DNA of 61,711 nt, filler included. It is 13 parts of 13 records of this genome, joined end to end, with 100 filler letters (N's around TTAATTAATTAA, not from the genome) between each part and the next. Parts side by side here need not be neighbours in the genome. Positions count along the whole stretch, not along the records: positions 13,703 to 23,109 come from SRR7504441_22239; positions 23,210 to 26,265 come from SRR7504441_22241; positions 26,366 to 30,431 come from SRR7504441_22289; positions 30,532 to 33,615 come from SRR7504441_22295; 9 more parts are not named here. The stretch is one strand, 5' to 3'. Each line of letters starts with the position of its first letter. Positions within the stretch are counted from its first letter, which is position 1. Of the stretch, positions 22,023-33,715 are shown in pieces. The notes under the pieces were generated by a model. That model was given only the letters and a program-made list of their open reading frames with translations. It had not been told where the DNA came from and ran no database searches. The position numbers and the translations under genes are program-made.

Positions 22023-22156
22023 CATCAGCCGCTCGTGCAGTAGTACAATAGTCGTACACGCAGCATCGTAGCATTCGGCGTACGTCGCAATTTTTACTTG
22101 ACAGTGCGTATACCTATTAAAATGTATTTATTCTTAAGCTTTAATATCCTAAATTG

Positions 22157-23027
22157 CTATGGTTGGTCTTGAGGTGGCGGCGGTGGAGGCGGAGCAGGCG
22201 GCCCGCCCCCCGACTCCTGGTCAGGTCGAGTGACCACATATGCCGGCACTGTGTCCGGGATTGCGTCCTCAGCATTGGGTTGGTAACTGTTCATCTCAAT
22301 CAGAAAGACAAGCTGCTTCCATAGCGCGAAGCAGTAGCAGCAGCAGACCGACCCCGGGGTGTTGAGCGGCTGCTGCTTATCGGGCCGGATCTGATACGTC
22401 TCATAAATCAACTGCAAAGCTCACTCAGCTGGGCACCGAGCAAGCTTAGGGTTGGGGTTACCCGCTGTTGCACCACAGTGAGCAGCGCGGCGGTGCAGCT
22501 GAAGGGATGGCACGACGAAAAGAAGACGAACGGACAGAGGCAGCAGCAAGCCCCCAGCCCCTTTGGGCCGCACGGCAGGCAGCCCAGTGTCTCCTCCCTG
22601 TGATGCAGAGTCACAACTGCACTGCGGTCAGCCAAGTGAGCCGCGGGCCCGGCGCACTGCGCCCGAAGATCGTGCAGGCTCCGGTGCAGGCATCCCACAT
22701 CGAGCACAGGGTACACTCGCGGCAATATCCCCCGGGCGGGCAACATGCACACAGCCAGCAGCCCGCATCTGACCGGCCAAATCGCGCCCTCCCGGGCCGA
22801 ATCGGACCTGGATGCTGGTACGCGCAGCAGTCGCACGGCCCGATCTCGCGCCAGCGACGGCTCGCATGGCCCGCCGGCATCTGGTCCGACGGGGGCGGGA
22901 CCGCCATCTGGTCGACAAGGCAGGCGCAGCACGGCTCGCACGGGACCGTGAACTCGGCCGCCAGGCGCGGGTCCGGCTGATCACGAGCCAGGAGCGGCTC
23001 GGCCTGCCCCGGCGCCGGCTCGCCCAT
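22157..23027 (-). CDS. PLAC8-family cysteine-rich membrane protein, about 3 introns
   Basis: W..GPCDCC, CIF-like segment, QQR..Y.I and CCCYCFALWK pattern after splicing. Confidence 0.6.
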
Positions 23028-23300
23028 TGTGCAAGCTCAACGGATGCAAGATGAACGCGAGGGGTCCTGTATAGCTGATTTTTACAATTCTTACACAAGG
23101 GACAAGTAGNNNNNNNNNNNNNNNNNNNNNNNNNNNNNNNNNNNNNNNNNNNNTTAATTAATTAANNNNNNNNNNNNNNNNNNNNNNNNNNNNNNNNNNN
23201 NNNNNNNNNTTACAGCCTTTGTCTACAAATTATTTCAAAGCTCAGCTTCAAAAGTGGACGGCCTTTGATAGTCAAACGGTAAGTGAGTGCAAATTGTGAC

Positions 23301-23320
23301 ATGATAGTTTAATGATAGTT
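23301..23320. repeat. N9-TA-N9 duplication
   Basis: ATGATAGTT-TA-ATGATAGTT. Confidence 0.9.
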
Positions 23321-23430
23321 ACACCGATCAATTGATAAACTAGAATTTAATTATTAAGCTAACAATTACAAGTAAATTATTTTGTTTACGAGTGCACGTG
23401 AAACCGCGATCATCGTCATTTGTGCATCGA

Positions 23431-24693
23431 TCAAGCAACTTGAATGCTGCGGAAGAAAACCGGTCCACCACCAGGAAGCCCTGCAGTTGAGAAGACCACT
23501 CCCACATGTTTGTCATCCAAACTTACCATCGACGAGTAGCCGGAGCAATCGGCGTGCACCACAGACGCAACTTCCCAGCCTACTCCACCGTCCTCGCTGC
23601 GGTAGAGCGTCAGGTTACCTCGAAGGTGATCACCGCAACGCTTTTCTATCCTTGGTGAGGCTAGAAAGACGCTGCCATCGTTGGCTGGTGAAGGAAGCAT
23701 CGAGTTTTGGACTCCTGGATCCTCGGTGCAGTTGCTGCTGTGGAGGCTCTCCCAAGTGCTGCCATTGTCACGAGACAGTGCGAAATGCTGACAGCCATCC
23801 TGCCACCCGGCCTCCGCCAATCGACTCCGCGCCAGCACTCTCCCCCCTCCCAGCTCTGCAACTGCAGTCTCGCTTGCTACCAGAGGCAGTGCACTGGAAC
23901 GATGAAAGGTCTCGCCACCGTCGTCAGAGATGAGGACGTAAGCACGCTGTGACAGCTTAAACAGGTTTGCTAGGTTCAGGCTAGCGCATGGGTCGATTGC
24001 GGGTTGTGGTGAGCCTGGTCGCACTGATGGATCTACATTGCCGCTTCCGGTATGGAGTGCAGGCAGCTCGGTGGGCGGAGCCCCACGAACCCCCACAGCG
24101 AGTCGGGCCATCGGGCACTGCCTGTTCCGGCCCTGGCTGCCAGGGACCAGCTGGAAGTCAATGCTGATCGAGCCAGCCGCAAGGTTGGTGTCGATCGGCA
24201 CTAGCACACGCCCAGACCGTAGCACCACTGCGTTCGCAGGACCGGTGGCCACCCATCCCTCCCCGGGCAGCTTCGCCGACGCGGTCAGGTCGACCGGTGC
24301 CGACCAGTGCGCCCCGGAGTCGCGGCTGACGATCTTGTTCACAAATGTGTTGTTAAGGCTGAAGACTAGGTGCACCGACCCGTCGATCACAAACCCGGCC
24401 AGGTTGCTTACCGTCGAGGCCGGATGGACCCCTTCCGGCAGCAGCGAGCGCATGGGCCCCCAGGACTGGCCGTTATCAGCCGATTGCTTGATCCCGATCC
24501 TCGACGAGTCGCCGTCCCCGCCGGAGCCTAGCCGGGCCTCCGCGAACACCAGCAGCTTGCCGGGGGCTAACCAGACGATGGACGGGTTGTTAATGGTGTG
24601 GTAGCCGCCTTCTGTCGGGCCGAACACCGTGCTGGTAATCTGCTGCCCGCACGCGCCCGCAGCGAGCAGCACGAGCAGGCTGGCCCATTTCAT
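23431..24693 (-). CDS. Secreted GH33 sialidase-like (BNR/Asp-box) protein
   Basis: Signal peptide, FAEAR, five Asp-boxes (SADNGQSW, SRDSGAHW, SDDGGETF, SRDNGSTW, SEDGGVGW) and SGYSS. Confidence 0.85.
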   Translation of the reverse strand: MKWASLLVLLAAGACGQQITSTVFGPTEGGYHTINNPSIVWLAPGKLLVFAEARLGSGGDGDSSRIGIKQSADNGQSWGPMRSLLPEGVHPASTVSNLAGFVIDGSVHLVFSLNNTFVNKIVSRDSGAHWSAPVDLTASAKLPGEGWVATGPANAVVLRSGRVLVPIDTNLAAGSISIDFQLVPGSQGRNRQCPMARLAVGVRGAPPTELPALHTGSGNVDPSVRPGSPQPAIDPCASLNLANLFKLSQRAYVLISDDGGETFHRSSALPLVASETAVAELGGGRVLARSRLAEAGWQDGCQHFALSRDNGSTWESLHSSNCTEDPGVQNSMLPSPANDGSVFLASPRIEKRCGDHLRGNLTLYRSEDGGVGWEVASVVHADCSGYSSMVSLDDKHVGVVFSTAGLPGGGPVFFRSIQVA

Positions 24694-24776
24694 CTCGCCA
24701 GCGCGTCCTGGGTGATTGCGCGAAGCTCTCGACCAGCAGCTGCAGGCTGAGGGACGTCACTTCGACTCGCGGCGTA

Positions 24777-26265
24777 ATGTCACGCTCGGCTCTCGTTGGT
24801 GTGGCCATCCTGGTGGTAGCGCGCCTGGCGGATGCGAGCTCGTGCCCGTGGAGCAACACGCTGAACGGCCTCGACTGCTCGGGCCTGTCCAAGGCGGCCG
24901 GCCTCGAGCAGTTCATCGAGTACATGAAGCAGGGCTACCCGTACACCGAGCACCGCGGACTGGACTGGGATGCGCTCGGGCAAAAGTACGTTGGGCTCGT
25001 CCGGGAGGCGGGGGACGACAACTTCAAATACTACGAGGCCGTGCGCAGCCTTGTAGCCGACATGAAGGATGGGCACGTTTCTGCTGATTATACCTGTGCC
25101 GATACGACGCTGGAGCGCGCGCAGGCTGTTCTCGCCGGCAGCTACGGGGTCGAGCTGCGCCGGGACGAGAAGGGCGCGGCCCGGGTGGTGTCGGCCGAGG
25201 AAGGCGTGGACCTAAAGCCCGAGGAGACGGTTGTCGAGGTCTGCGAGGCCGCGGGCTGCGAGTCGATCAATGAGCACCTGAAGAAGATCAAGCTTACCTG
25301 GGACGGCAACAGTGTTCCTGCCTGCAGCGAGGCGCGCGAAAACGACCGGCTGATCCTGTTCAACAGAGCCAAGCTGGGCTCGAAGCTGCATCTCCGCGTG
25401 CTGGGCGTCGATGGCAAAGAAGGGTCGCGCACACTGGAAGCTGAAGCGGGGGATGACCCAGTGTGGCAGAACTATTATCACACGATGCCCGGCAAGGCCA
25501 AGGAGTGTGTCAAATCGAAGTACATGCCGGACGCCGACGTCTTATATCTGCAGGTCGGATCGTTTGCGGGTAAGAGCTGCAGTCTTGGCTTTGGGAGCAA
25601 AATCCGAGCGGCCGTGAGGGATGCCAAAAGCAAGAAAGCCAAGGGAATGGTGGTCGATCTTCGCGGAAATGGCGGGGGGCTCGACGCCTTGGTGCCCAAG
25701 CTACTTGGGTTCTTCGCAAACGAGGAATACATCTATGAGCAGGCTGCTGTCCAGAAGTCACTCTTCAAGAAATGTGCTCTTTGTAGAGGCTGGCTCAATA
25801 AGGGCTCGAAACGGATCAAAGGAGTATCAATCGTCGAATACAAGGTCAAGCCCGAGGCACGAGCGGAGAGATTCGATGGTCCAGTCGCTGTGCTGGTCAA
25901 CCAAGGCACGATGAGTAATGGCGAGATGACTGCTGGCAGCTTCCAGAAGAAGCTCGGTGCCACCGTCGTTGGTTTCCAAGGCACAGCTGGCTCGGCTTCA
26001 ATGGCTGGCGGGAAATTCCAACTACCTTGCATCAGGATTGGTTTCACGGTGGCACAGAGTTGGACTCCAGACGACAAGATCCAAGTTGAGGGTGGCAAGG
26101 GTTGCAAGGCTGGGGTAGTTCCAGACAAGCCAGTGCCCAAAAGCATGCGCAACCTTCTCAAGTACTCCAAGTTTTTGCTTACACGTGCAGTCCAAGAGGA
26201 TGTCGAGCTTATATATGCACTACACGTCCTCAAAACAGCTGCAGAGAGAGCTACGACGAAGGAGA
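24777..26265 (+). CDS. Secreted S41-family (tail-specific/C-terminal processing) peptidase; stop codon lost at contig end
   Basis: Signal peptide, DGHV, DLRGNGGG, VLVNQGTMSNGE, GTAG and GVVPD motifs. Confidence 0.85.
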
Positions 26266-26365
26266 NNNNNNNNNNNNNNNNNNNNNNNNNNNNNNNNNNN
26301 NNNNNNNNNTTAATTAATTAANNNNNNNNNNNNNNNNNNNNNNNNNNNNNNNNNNNNNNNNNNNN

Positions 26366-29059
26366 GACGACGAGGACGACGAGGACGACGAGGAGCAGGC
26401 CAAGTCCGAGGAGCCGCCCGAAAGCCAGCCGTGGTTCCACGAGGACGAGCCGGCCACCACCGTCGCGATCAGCCCGGAGCCACTTGCGGAGCAGGACTTG
26501 GACACACCCGACCCAGCCGACCAGAGCGCGCGCACACGGCTGTTCCGGCTGCTCTGGAACACGCCGAGCTCGCCGGCCGGCACTGCGATCGAGGCTTTCC
26601 TGCTGCTGTTCATTCTTGGTTCGACTGTGGTGATGATGATCAGAACGCTGCCTGACATCGGAGGCGAGAATGGGTTTGAGGCAGCCGAGGCGTTCATTGT
26701 GGCCGTCTTCACCATCGAGTACGGCTTCCGGATCTACGCTGTCGAGTCGTGGCCGTGGTACCAGCAGCCTGAGAACCAGCTGCTAGGGAGCGGCCGGCTG
26801 CGCTGGGTGTTGACCAATCCCTACGCGTTGATTGACTTGGCCTCGATCCTGCCGTTCTTCATAGACCTGATGGTCCCAGGCGACATCGTGGCCACCTCGT
26901 TCATCCGAGTTCTCCGGCTTCTCAAGCCCGGCCAGTATCTTCCTGGGATTGACCGGATCTGGAAGGTGATTGTGGCCAAGAAGGGCATTCTGCTATCTTC
27001 TGGCCACATTGCGCTTGTGGTATGGTGCATCTTCTCCAGCCTGCTGTACGAGACCGAGCACCACAACCACGACCCCAAGGTGTCCAGCCAGTTTGACAAC
27101 ATTAGGCGATCGATGTGGATGACACTCCTCAATCTGACTGGCGAGTACCCCCTAGGCAACTACACGACCGCAGGCCGATTTGTGTCGCTTGGGGTGATCC
27201 TGTTTGCGTTCGCGATCGTGGCGGTCCCGATTGGGCTGCTTGGTGAGGGGCTGCAGGAGGAGCTCGAGGATAACTTGGACCAGGACCTGGAGCCAGAGGA
27301 GGAGCCCGAGCTGGAGCCCGATCCGAGCCCAGATGATGCGCCCGGGTTTACAGGGAAGCTCTACAGAATGCTGCAGTCTGGCCCGGTTATCTACTCGATC
27401 TTTGGCCTGATTGTGTTCAACACCGCCTGTCTGATCGTGCGCACAATCCCTGCAGTGTATGAGAACTCGACCGCCAAGAGCTTCCTGGACATCTGTGAGG
27501 CCGTGAGTGTGGGCGTCTACACCATCGAGTACATCTGCCGGCTGGCCAGCGCCCACCACGACCCAGAGAACCGGCCAGACCCGGAGCGCTGGTGGCTGCC
27601 CATCGGGGCGCCCGCGTTTGTGGTTTACATTTTCTCGTTCTACGGGCTCGTGGACCTGGTCTCGATTGTGCCCTTCTATATTGATTTAATTGTGGAGGGC
27701 GGCAAGTTCTCGGAGGTGGCTGCGGTGTTTCGGGTGGTGCGGTTGCTAAGGATGGACAAGATCATGCCGGCGTTCACCCTGCTCGATGACGCGATCATGA
27801 GCAAGCGGTCGATCCTGGCGTGCACCACGTATCTTATGTTTGTGGCCACCATCTTCTTTGCCACCCTGTTGTACTACACCGAGCGGCACAACAACACCGT
27901 GGATGCCGGCAAGAAGATGTCGACGCGGTTTGAATCGATTCCTAGCTCCTTGTTCTACAGCTTCATCCACCTGACGGGAGATTACCCGCTGATACAGTAC
28001 ACAGCGGCCGGCCGAGTGGTCAACTTCTTCATGATTGTTCTGGCCCAGGCATTCGTGGCCATCCCAGCCGCTGTGCTGATGGACGCGTTCCAAGGAATTT
28101 TGGAGGACCGGACGGAGGTGGACGTGGATGGCGACGGGATCGCAGATGACGAGTCCAAGCAGCTGGATCACGCCATCCAAGCGCTTAGGGACGAGGAGGA
28201 GCAACGAGCGAGCAGAGAGGAGTTTTCAGCTGAAGATGGCTACTCGGAGGCCATGTACAATACATGGGCTTTCATGAATGGCCAGACCGAGGCCGGCCAT
28301 AAGTACTTTGACCCAGCTCTCGCAGCGCTGATCTTCATCAGCATTCTAAGCTGGATTCTATCGACAGACAAGGGCGTCAACGACGCCGACGGTGGATGGC
28401 CCGGAGACATGTTTGATGTGATCGAGTGGATCTGTGTTATCCTGTTCACTATAGAATACCTGCTCCGGCTGTGGTGCGCTCCGGCCGATCCAACCCTGCG
28501 CGATCCACATCTATGCGGATGCTCGGTTCCAGCCAGAGTTGCCCACATGGTGGACCCGTTTTCAATCATCGACCTGGCCGCCATCCTGCCGTTCTACATT
28601 GGCCTGATCCTCGGGAAGGACAGCGTGATCTCGACTGTGCTTCGAGTGCTCAGAGTCTTCCGGCTGTTGAAGGGCGACCGCATCACTCCGGCTTTCTCGC
28701 TGCTAGACGATGTCTGGCGCTTGAAGCGGGCGCTTCTACTGGTTCTCGGATTCGTAGCGGCTTGCATAGTGATCTGGTACGGTGCTATTTACTATGTGCT
28801 AGAGAGGAATCGTGATCAGGTGGATCAGGAATTCAACACAATGCCCTACTCGATGTTCTGGGTGGTGATCTTCCTCGGCGGCGAATGGGCTCACGTAGAC
28901 TTCACTTGGGCAGGGCAGCTATTCTCTGTCACGTTAGCTCTCCTCGGAATCGGTCTGTTTGCGATCCCTGTCGGTATCATCGTTCAGGCGTTCTCGGAGA
29001 TCAGCATAGAGCAAGGCAGAATCAGGGATAGCCTACGCGAGAAGGATAAGTCTGCGTAG
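26366..29059 (+). CDS. Voltage-sensor-type ion channel with at least 3 tandem 6TM repeats, 5'-truncated
   Basis: Three repeats of FTIEY / DLxxIxPF / RVxRLL(K/R) / pore / S6. Frame is open from the contig start. Confidence 0.85.
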   Translation, partial: DDEDDEDDEEQAKSEEPPESQPWFHEDEPATTVAISPEPLAEQDLDTPDPADQSARTRLFRLLWNTPSSPAGTAIEAFLLLFILGSTVVMMIRTLPDIGGENGFEAAEAFIVAVFTIEYGFRIYAVESWPWYQQPENQLLGSGRLRWVLTNPYALIDLASILPFFIDLMVPGDIVATSFIRVLRLLKPGQYLPGIDRIWKVIVAKKGILLSSGHIALVVWCIFSSLLYETEHHNHDPKVSSQFDNIRRSMWMTLLNLTGEYPLGNYTTAGRFVSLGVILFAFAIVAVPIGLLGEGLQEELEDNLDQDLEPEEEPELEPDPSPDDAPGFTGKLYRMLQSGPVIYSIFGLIVFNTACLIVRTIPAVYENSTAKSFLDICEAVSVGVYTIEYICRLASAHHDPENRPDPERWWLPIGAPAFVVYIFSFYGLVDLVSIVPFYIDLIVEGGKFSEVAAVFRVVRLLRMDKIMPAFTLLDDAIMSKRSILACTTYLMFVATIFFATLLYYTERHNNTVDAGKKMSTRFESIPSSLFYSFIHLTGDYPLIQYTAAGRVVNFFMIVLAQAFVAIPAAVLMDAFQGILEDRTEVDVDGDGIADDESKQLDHAIQALRDEEEQRASREEFSAEDGYSEAMYNTWAFMNGQTEAGHKYFDPALAALIFISILSWILSTDKGVNDADGGWPGDMFDVIEWICVILFTIEYLLRLWCAPADPTLRDPHLCGCSVPARVAHMVDPFSIIDLAAILPFYIGLILGKDSVISTVLRVLRVFRLLKGDRITPAFSLLDDVWRLKRALLLVLGFVAACIVIWYGAIYYVLERNRDQVDQEFNTMPYSMFWVVIFLGGEWAHVDFTWAGQLFSVTLALLGIGLFAIPVGIIVQAFSEISIEQGRIRDSLREKDKSA

Positions 29060-29414
29060 TCACAGCAAATGCAGCCACATTCATTTCGTATCTGCAGATG
29101 TACAATCATGCACTCGTAATGCAGAATAGTGTTTTGATTTATGGATCCTGTTTATAATTATTCAGTTTACATCACTTGGTCACAAATTACCGGATCCGCC
29201 GGATCCGCCGGATCCTAACAATTCTATGAAATGAAACTAATTAAACTAAATACAGTTATAATTACCGGACTATAATTGGATTTCATTGGATTAAGGAGGA
29301 ACTAAGAAGGGATTGAACAGCGCTAGCCCATACATGTAGGCGCACAGTTAGTCAGATAGACCTATACCGGTATACGTGGTACAATGCACTGCACGTAAGT
29401 TACACCGATGTAAG

Positions 29415-29924
29415 TTATACCGTAATTGTGCCGTAACTGTCCACTTGCATTTGGGGCACCGGTAATGCTTGCCCCATTGCCGGTAATGGCCTACGGTCTT
29501 CGTCGTACCGAATGGCCCGCACGTCTTCATCTGAGGCACCTGCCCTCGCGCAAGCCTCGAACTCCTGGAAGCTAAAGCCGTCGGCGTTGGGCAGATCGAG
29601 CAGCCGGCTCTCTAGCTCCTTCCAGTCCTGGCCGTACTCCTCTGCCATCTGCCGGATCTCCCCCTTGCGCTTGCCCCGGAAGGCCTTGCGTAGTTCAGCG
29701 TACGTCACAGTGCCGTCCCCGTTGAGGTCGAGCGCATCAAACAACTCCTGCGAGCGCGTAGTCGGCAGGCACAGGTACAGCGCCTCCATGATCTTGTCGT
29801 CCTCCGGCGTCGAGCTGCCCTCCGAGATTCGATGTTGGCTGAGCAGCAGATCCTCCAGTTGCTCAGTGAGGCCGGGAGCTTGCTTGAACAGTGCGCGCAC
29901 CTTCGACTTGAGCTGGCCCGCCAT
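29415..29924 (-). CDS. EF-hand protein
   Basis: FDALDLNGDGTVTYAEL and a degenerate second hand (DGFSFQEF). Confidence 0.7.
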   Translation of the reverse strand: MAGQLKSKVRALFKQAPGLTEQLEDLLLSQHRISEGSSTPEDDKIMEALYLCLPTTRSQELFDALDLNGDGTVTYAELRKAFRGKRKGEIRQMAEEYGQDWKELESRLLDLPNADGFSFQEFEACARAGASDEDVRAIRYDEDRRPLPAMGQALPVPQMQVDSYGTITV

Positions 29925-30047
29925 CTGACGCCCCCCCAGTCAGCCAGTCGGAGCTGGGGCGGCCGAGTCAGCGCCGTGCCCGGGCCGAGTCGGCGCCGTG
30001 CCCGGGCCGAGCCCACTACTGGGCCCGAGCCGACTCACCATGCAAGG

Positions 30048-30431
30048 ATGTCCCAACTGTCGGAGTTTACTTTGAGGCTGAGTTCCGTTTCGGGCCGGAT
30101 TGTCAGCTCGCAGGATAAGCGCAGGACAGGCAACACATGGTTGACCTGCTGGCCCGGCTGAACGACCGCGTCCTCGCAGCTGCTGGTGCACCCGAGGCCA
30201 TATGCCGCGACCGCCCGGGCCGGCAAGAAGCTGCAACGGGCCGTGGAGGCGGCGCGGAAGGAGCAGCTGCTGGGCGAGCTCGAGCAGGACTGGTGTGCGC
30301 GGAGCACGGGCTGGAGACCGCGCGGGAGCAACCCGGCGGGCAAGAAGCTGACCAGGTTGGCCCAGGATGGGAAGACAGCGAGCTCGAGGGCGCTGGGGCT
30401 TATGGTGGCGGGGGCGCCGCTGGACCTACAG
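30048..30431 (+). CDS. Hypothetical protein, N-terminal part (multi-exon, possibly entering an ankyrin-like repeat)
   Basis: Predicted introns 30087-30124 and 30140-30179 give an open frame ending ...LMVAGAPLDLQ. Confidence 0.3.
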
Positions 30432-30560
30432 NNNNNNNNNNNNNNNNNNNNNNNNNNNNNNNNNNNNNNNNNNNNTTAATTAATTAANNNNNNNNNNNNN
30501 NNNNNNNNNNNNNNNNNNNNNNNNNNNNNNNTCCGCAATGAGCCGTTGACAACCGGCAAG

Positions 30561-32139
30561 ATGTCCAGCCGAGGCAACAGTCCCCGAGGCAGGCAAGACG
30601 CCCGGGCCGAGGCGACCGGTGGGGCTGACTGGCGGGGGTTGGGCAGCCCGACCAGCACGGGCACCCTTCGAAACGAGCTCAAGGAGGCCAAGAAGGTCGC
30701 TCGGCTGGCTCGGGCTGGCCTGATTGGGCCTGGCGGACGGTTCAGGCGATAGAATCGCTAAAGCACGAGAACGTGCACCTAACGGACAAGTTCAGCAAGG
30801 TATCGGAGGTGCTGGAGCGGGAGCGGGCCCAGCTGCGCGAGGTACTGACCAACGCCAAGGCCAAGATCAACCAGCTTGAAACCGACAACAAGTCGCTGTC
30901 CCGTGATTTGGCGGCGGCCCACGAAGAGATCGAACGGCTCAAGCGGCTGCTGCGCGAGATGGAGGCCCGGGGGAGCGGGGACGGGCAGACCATGATCGAG
31001 CTGCAGCGCACGATCAGCCTGCTGCAGACCGGTCTCACGCTGCTGACCACCAACTTCGGGGGGTCGGGCGCGGCTGACTTCGTGAGCCAGTGGAGTCGGT
31101 TCAAGTCGGACTGCAGCTCGATCAACGACACGAGCGTGTTCGGGTGCAGCCGGTCGGCCATCCAGATAGGCGGCATCCTGGACGACTTGGTCGCCCGCGC
31201 AGAGACTGCCGAGAAGCGGCTGGCTGATGCGCACCAGGCGCTCGACGAGCAGCGCAAGAAGTTCCTGGCCGACATGGAGGCCTCCCGGAGCTCGAGCCCG
31301 CCGACCAGCCCGCGCGGGGGCAGTCCGCGCGGCGGAGAGGCGGCGCTGCACAAGGTGTGTCGCGCGCTGTCGGTGAGTCGATGGTGTCGTCGCAGGTGAT
31401 TGCAGACCTGAGAGAGCAGCTGGCGCTGGCTAGGTCGTGCCAAGGCGAGGTGAGCAGCACGTATAGCAGCCAGCAGTGGACCCGGTCTCTCGGGGGGGAT
31501 GACTCAACGGACGCTGCCCTCTCGCTGCACGGGCACACCTCGATGGTCAACAGAGCAGTCGTGATCAAACCGGGCCTGATCGCCAGCGTGTCCGACGACA
31601 AGCTGATCAAGCTGTGGAAGGTGCAGGTGGCCGCCGGCGGGATGCCCAGCTCCGAGTGCGTTGCTACTCTCTCCGGGCACGATCACTGGGTGAACGATGT
31701 GTGTTCGGTCTCGGACGACATGATTGCCACAGCCTCGTCTGATCGGACCGTCAAGCTGTGGCGGTACAGCATGAGCGGCAACTGCGAGTGCGTGAGCACG
31801 CTCTCCGGACACGAAGGCAGCGTCCGGTCGGTGTGCATGATCGGCGATGGTCTGCTCGCTTCTGCCTCTGCAGACAAGGTGGTCAAGGTGAGCTGACGGC
31901 CGGACCGGCTCGGCTGAGCTGCGGGCCAGATCTGGAAGATCGGAACGGGGTCAGTTGTGGCCACTGGCAAGTGCGGACAGGGACTGTTTGGCGAGGTGTA
32001 GCCATGCGGCCGGCACGGGCCGAGTCGGGCACAGGTGAATGTGCTGGTGCAGTCGGGCCAAACTTCCGACCCTACAGTGCTCGCGTCGGCCTCGGACTCG
32101 GACGGTGTGTGCACTGTGCGCTCATACAACACGGCGTGA
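30561..32139 (+). CDS. Coiled-coil + WD40-repeat protein, about 4 introns
   Basis: Coiled-coil region, then LHGHTSMV...IKLW, LSGHDHWV...VKLW and LSGHEGSV...VKIW. Confidence 0.8.
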
Positions 32140-32395
32140 GCGACCGCTGGGTGAGCTTCTGTCGGCATCGAGAGCTCTAGAGATTGCGTGGCAAAGCTAA
32201 TTATAAGGTACATTAACATAATCGGAGACAACAGCTACGGCTTTACAATCATATTGGATACAATAATGATCATTACGTGTAAGACTTTTAGTTGTCCTAA
32301 ATCGGCACTCATCTCCTCACTCTGCCCCAGTATTCCTCCTCTCAACGCTCTCAAAAAAGTACGAATATGATTTCTCACACAGCCGTTGCGAATCC

Positions 32396-33615
32396 ATGAG
32401 TGAGGAAGAGCCCGCGCCGGCCCAGGTGCCCCCAGAGGAGCAGGTGTCGCCGTCATTGGGGACGGTCCCGCTCCGACACAGCCTGGCCTTCCCGGCGATG
32501 GATGTCAAGATCCTCTCGGCCCGCCAGCGACTCCGGCCGCCGCCCGACGGCCCGCCGATCGGGATCCGTGCCGACTCGCCCTCCCGCCGGCTGCACGAGG
32601 ACTTGCTGGCCACACTGGACCGACTGGACAGCAAGTGCACCGGCGACCACCCGGCCGTGGTCGCAGCCAACAACCTGCCCGGCCCACGCGTCCCTCCACC
32701 GGTCCGCCTGCAGCTCTCGGGCCCGGCTGACCGCGGGCCGCAGCCACTCCCAGCGCACGTGCCGCCGCCCGACCCGATCCGGGCCCCGAGCCCCCGGCCG
32801 ATCCCGCCCCCGGCGCTGCCTCGACCGGACAACGACATCGGGGCGCGGCTGCGCGCGATCTCGCCCGGCTGCCAGCACCCTGTGGCCCGGCTGCCCCCGG
32901 CCCCGGTGCCGCCGATGGTGCCAGGACCGCACCCGACTGCGCTGCGCAGTCCGGATAGGGTGTTCGACCAGGTGCGCGGCACCGGGTTGGCTGGGGCGAG
33001 CGCCGGGGGCAGCTCCAGCAGGTGCAGGGTCAGCTTGACTGCACCACACACGAGCTCCACCTGCTCCAGCACGGGAGCGAGGCGCGTCGACAGCCCTGCC
33101 CCGGCCGATCAACGGACAGATTGACAAGCGCGAGCTGGGCGCTCGGGTGGCGGCGGCCGAGGAGGCGCTCGACGGACGGGATGGCGAGATCCATGGCCTG
33201 AGGTCCGGCCTACCGGTGTGGAGGCAGTGAGCGGGCGCAGGAGCGAGCTGAACAGGATGGAGCAAGCCTATCAAGCGCTCTCCGAGCGGTGCTGCGAGCT
33301 GGAGCACCAGAATCACGAGCTGCGCCAGACAGTCGGGGCGTATGAGGGCCAGATCCGGGACGAGGTCGCTGCTTGCCTGAGGGATGGTACTGAGCCCGGG
33401 CAGGCGAATGCGAATGAATTGGTCAAGAATTTGCTCGGGAGGGAGCTGCACGATACGGCGCTGGCCGTGTCCGACGCCGAGAACTCGGTCCGGATGGCCC
33501 GGTCCCGGGGGGCGCATCTGCCTCCGGTGCTGCCGCCGCCGGTGCTGCCGACTGCAGCGGGTGGCGCCCTGCCGGAGGAGAGGGCGAACGGAGAGAGGGG
33601 GATCCAGGTGGGCCC
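32396..33615 (+). CDS. Proline-rich/coiled-coil hypothetical protein (spliced, 3'-truncated)
   Basis: ORFs 32396 and 33218 have coding-like composition with small-intron signals between them. Confidence 0.45.
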
Positions 33616-33715
33616 NNNNNNNNNNNNNNNNNNNNNNNNNNNNNNNNNNNNNNNNNNNNTTAATTAATTAANNNNNNNNNNNNNNNNNNNNNNNNNNNNN
33701 NNNNNNNNNNNNNNN

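Noticed and set aside
22446-22460. Telomere-like TTAGGGTTGGGGTTA in a PLAC8 intron
   Set aside because: Only about 2.5 imperfect units, too short to support.
29348-29539. Alternative-frame CPKC 'zinc finger' overlapping the EF-hand gene
   Set aside because: The main ORF is continuous to its own stop, and no splice or start supports this frame.
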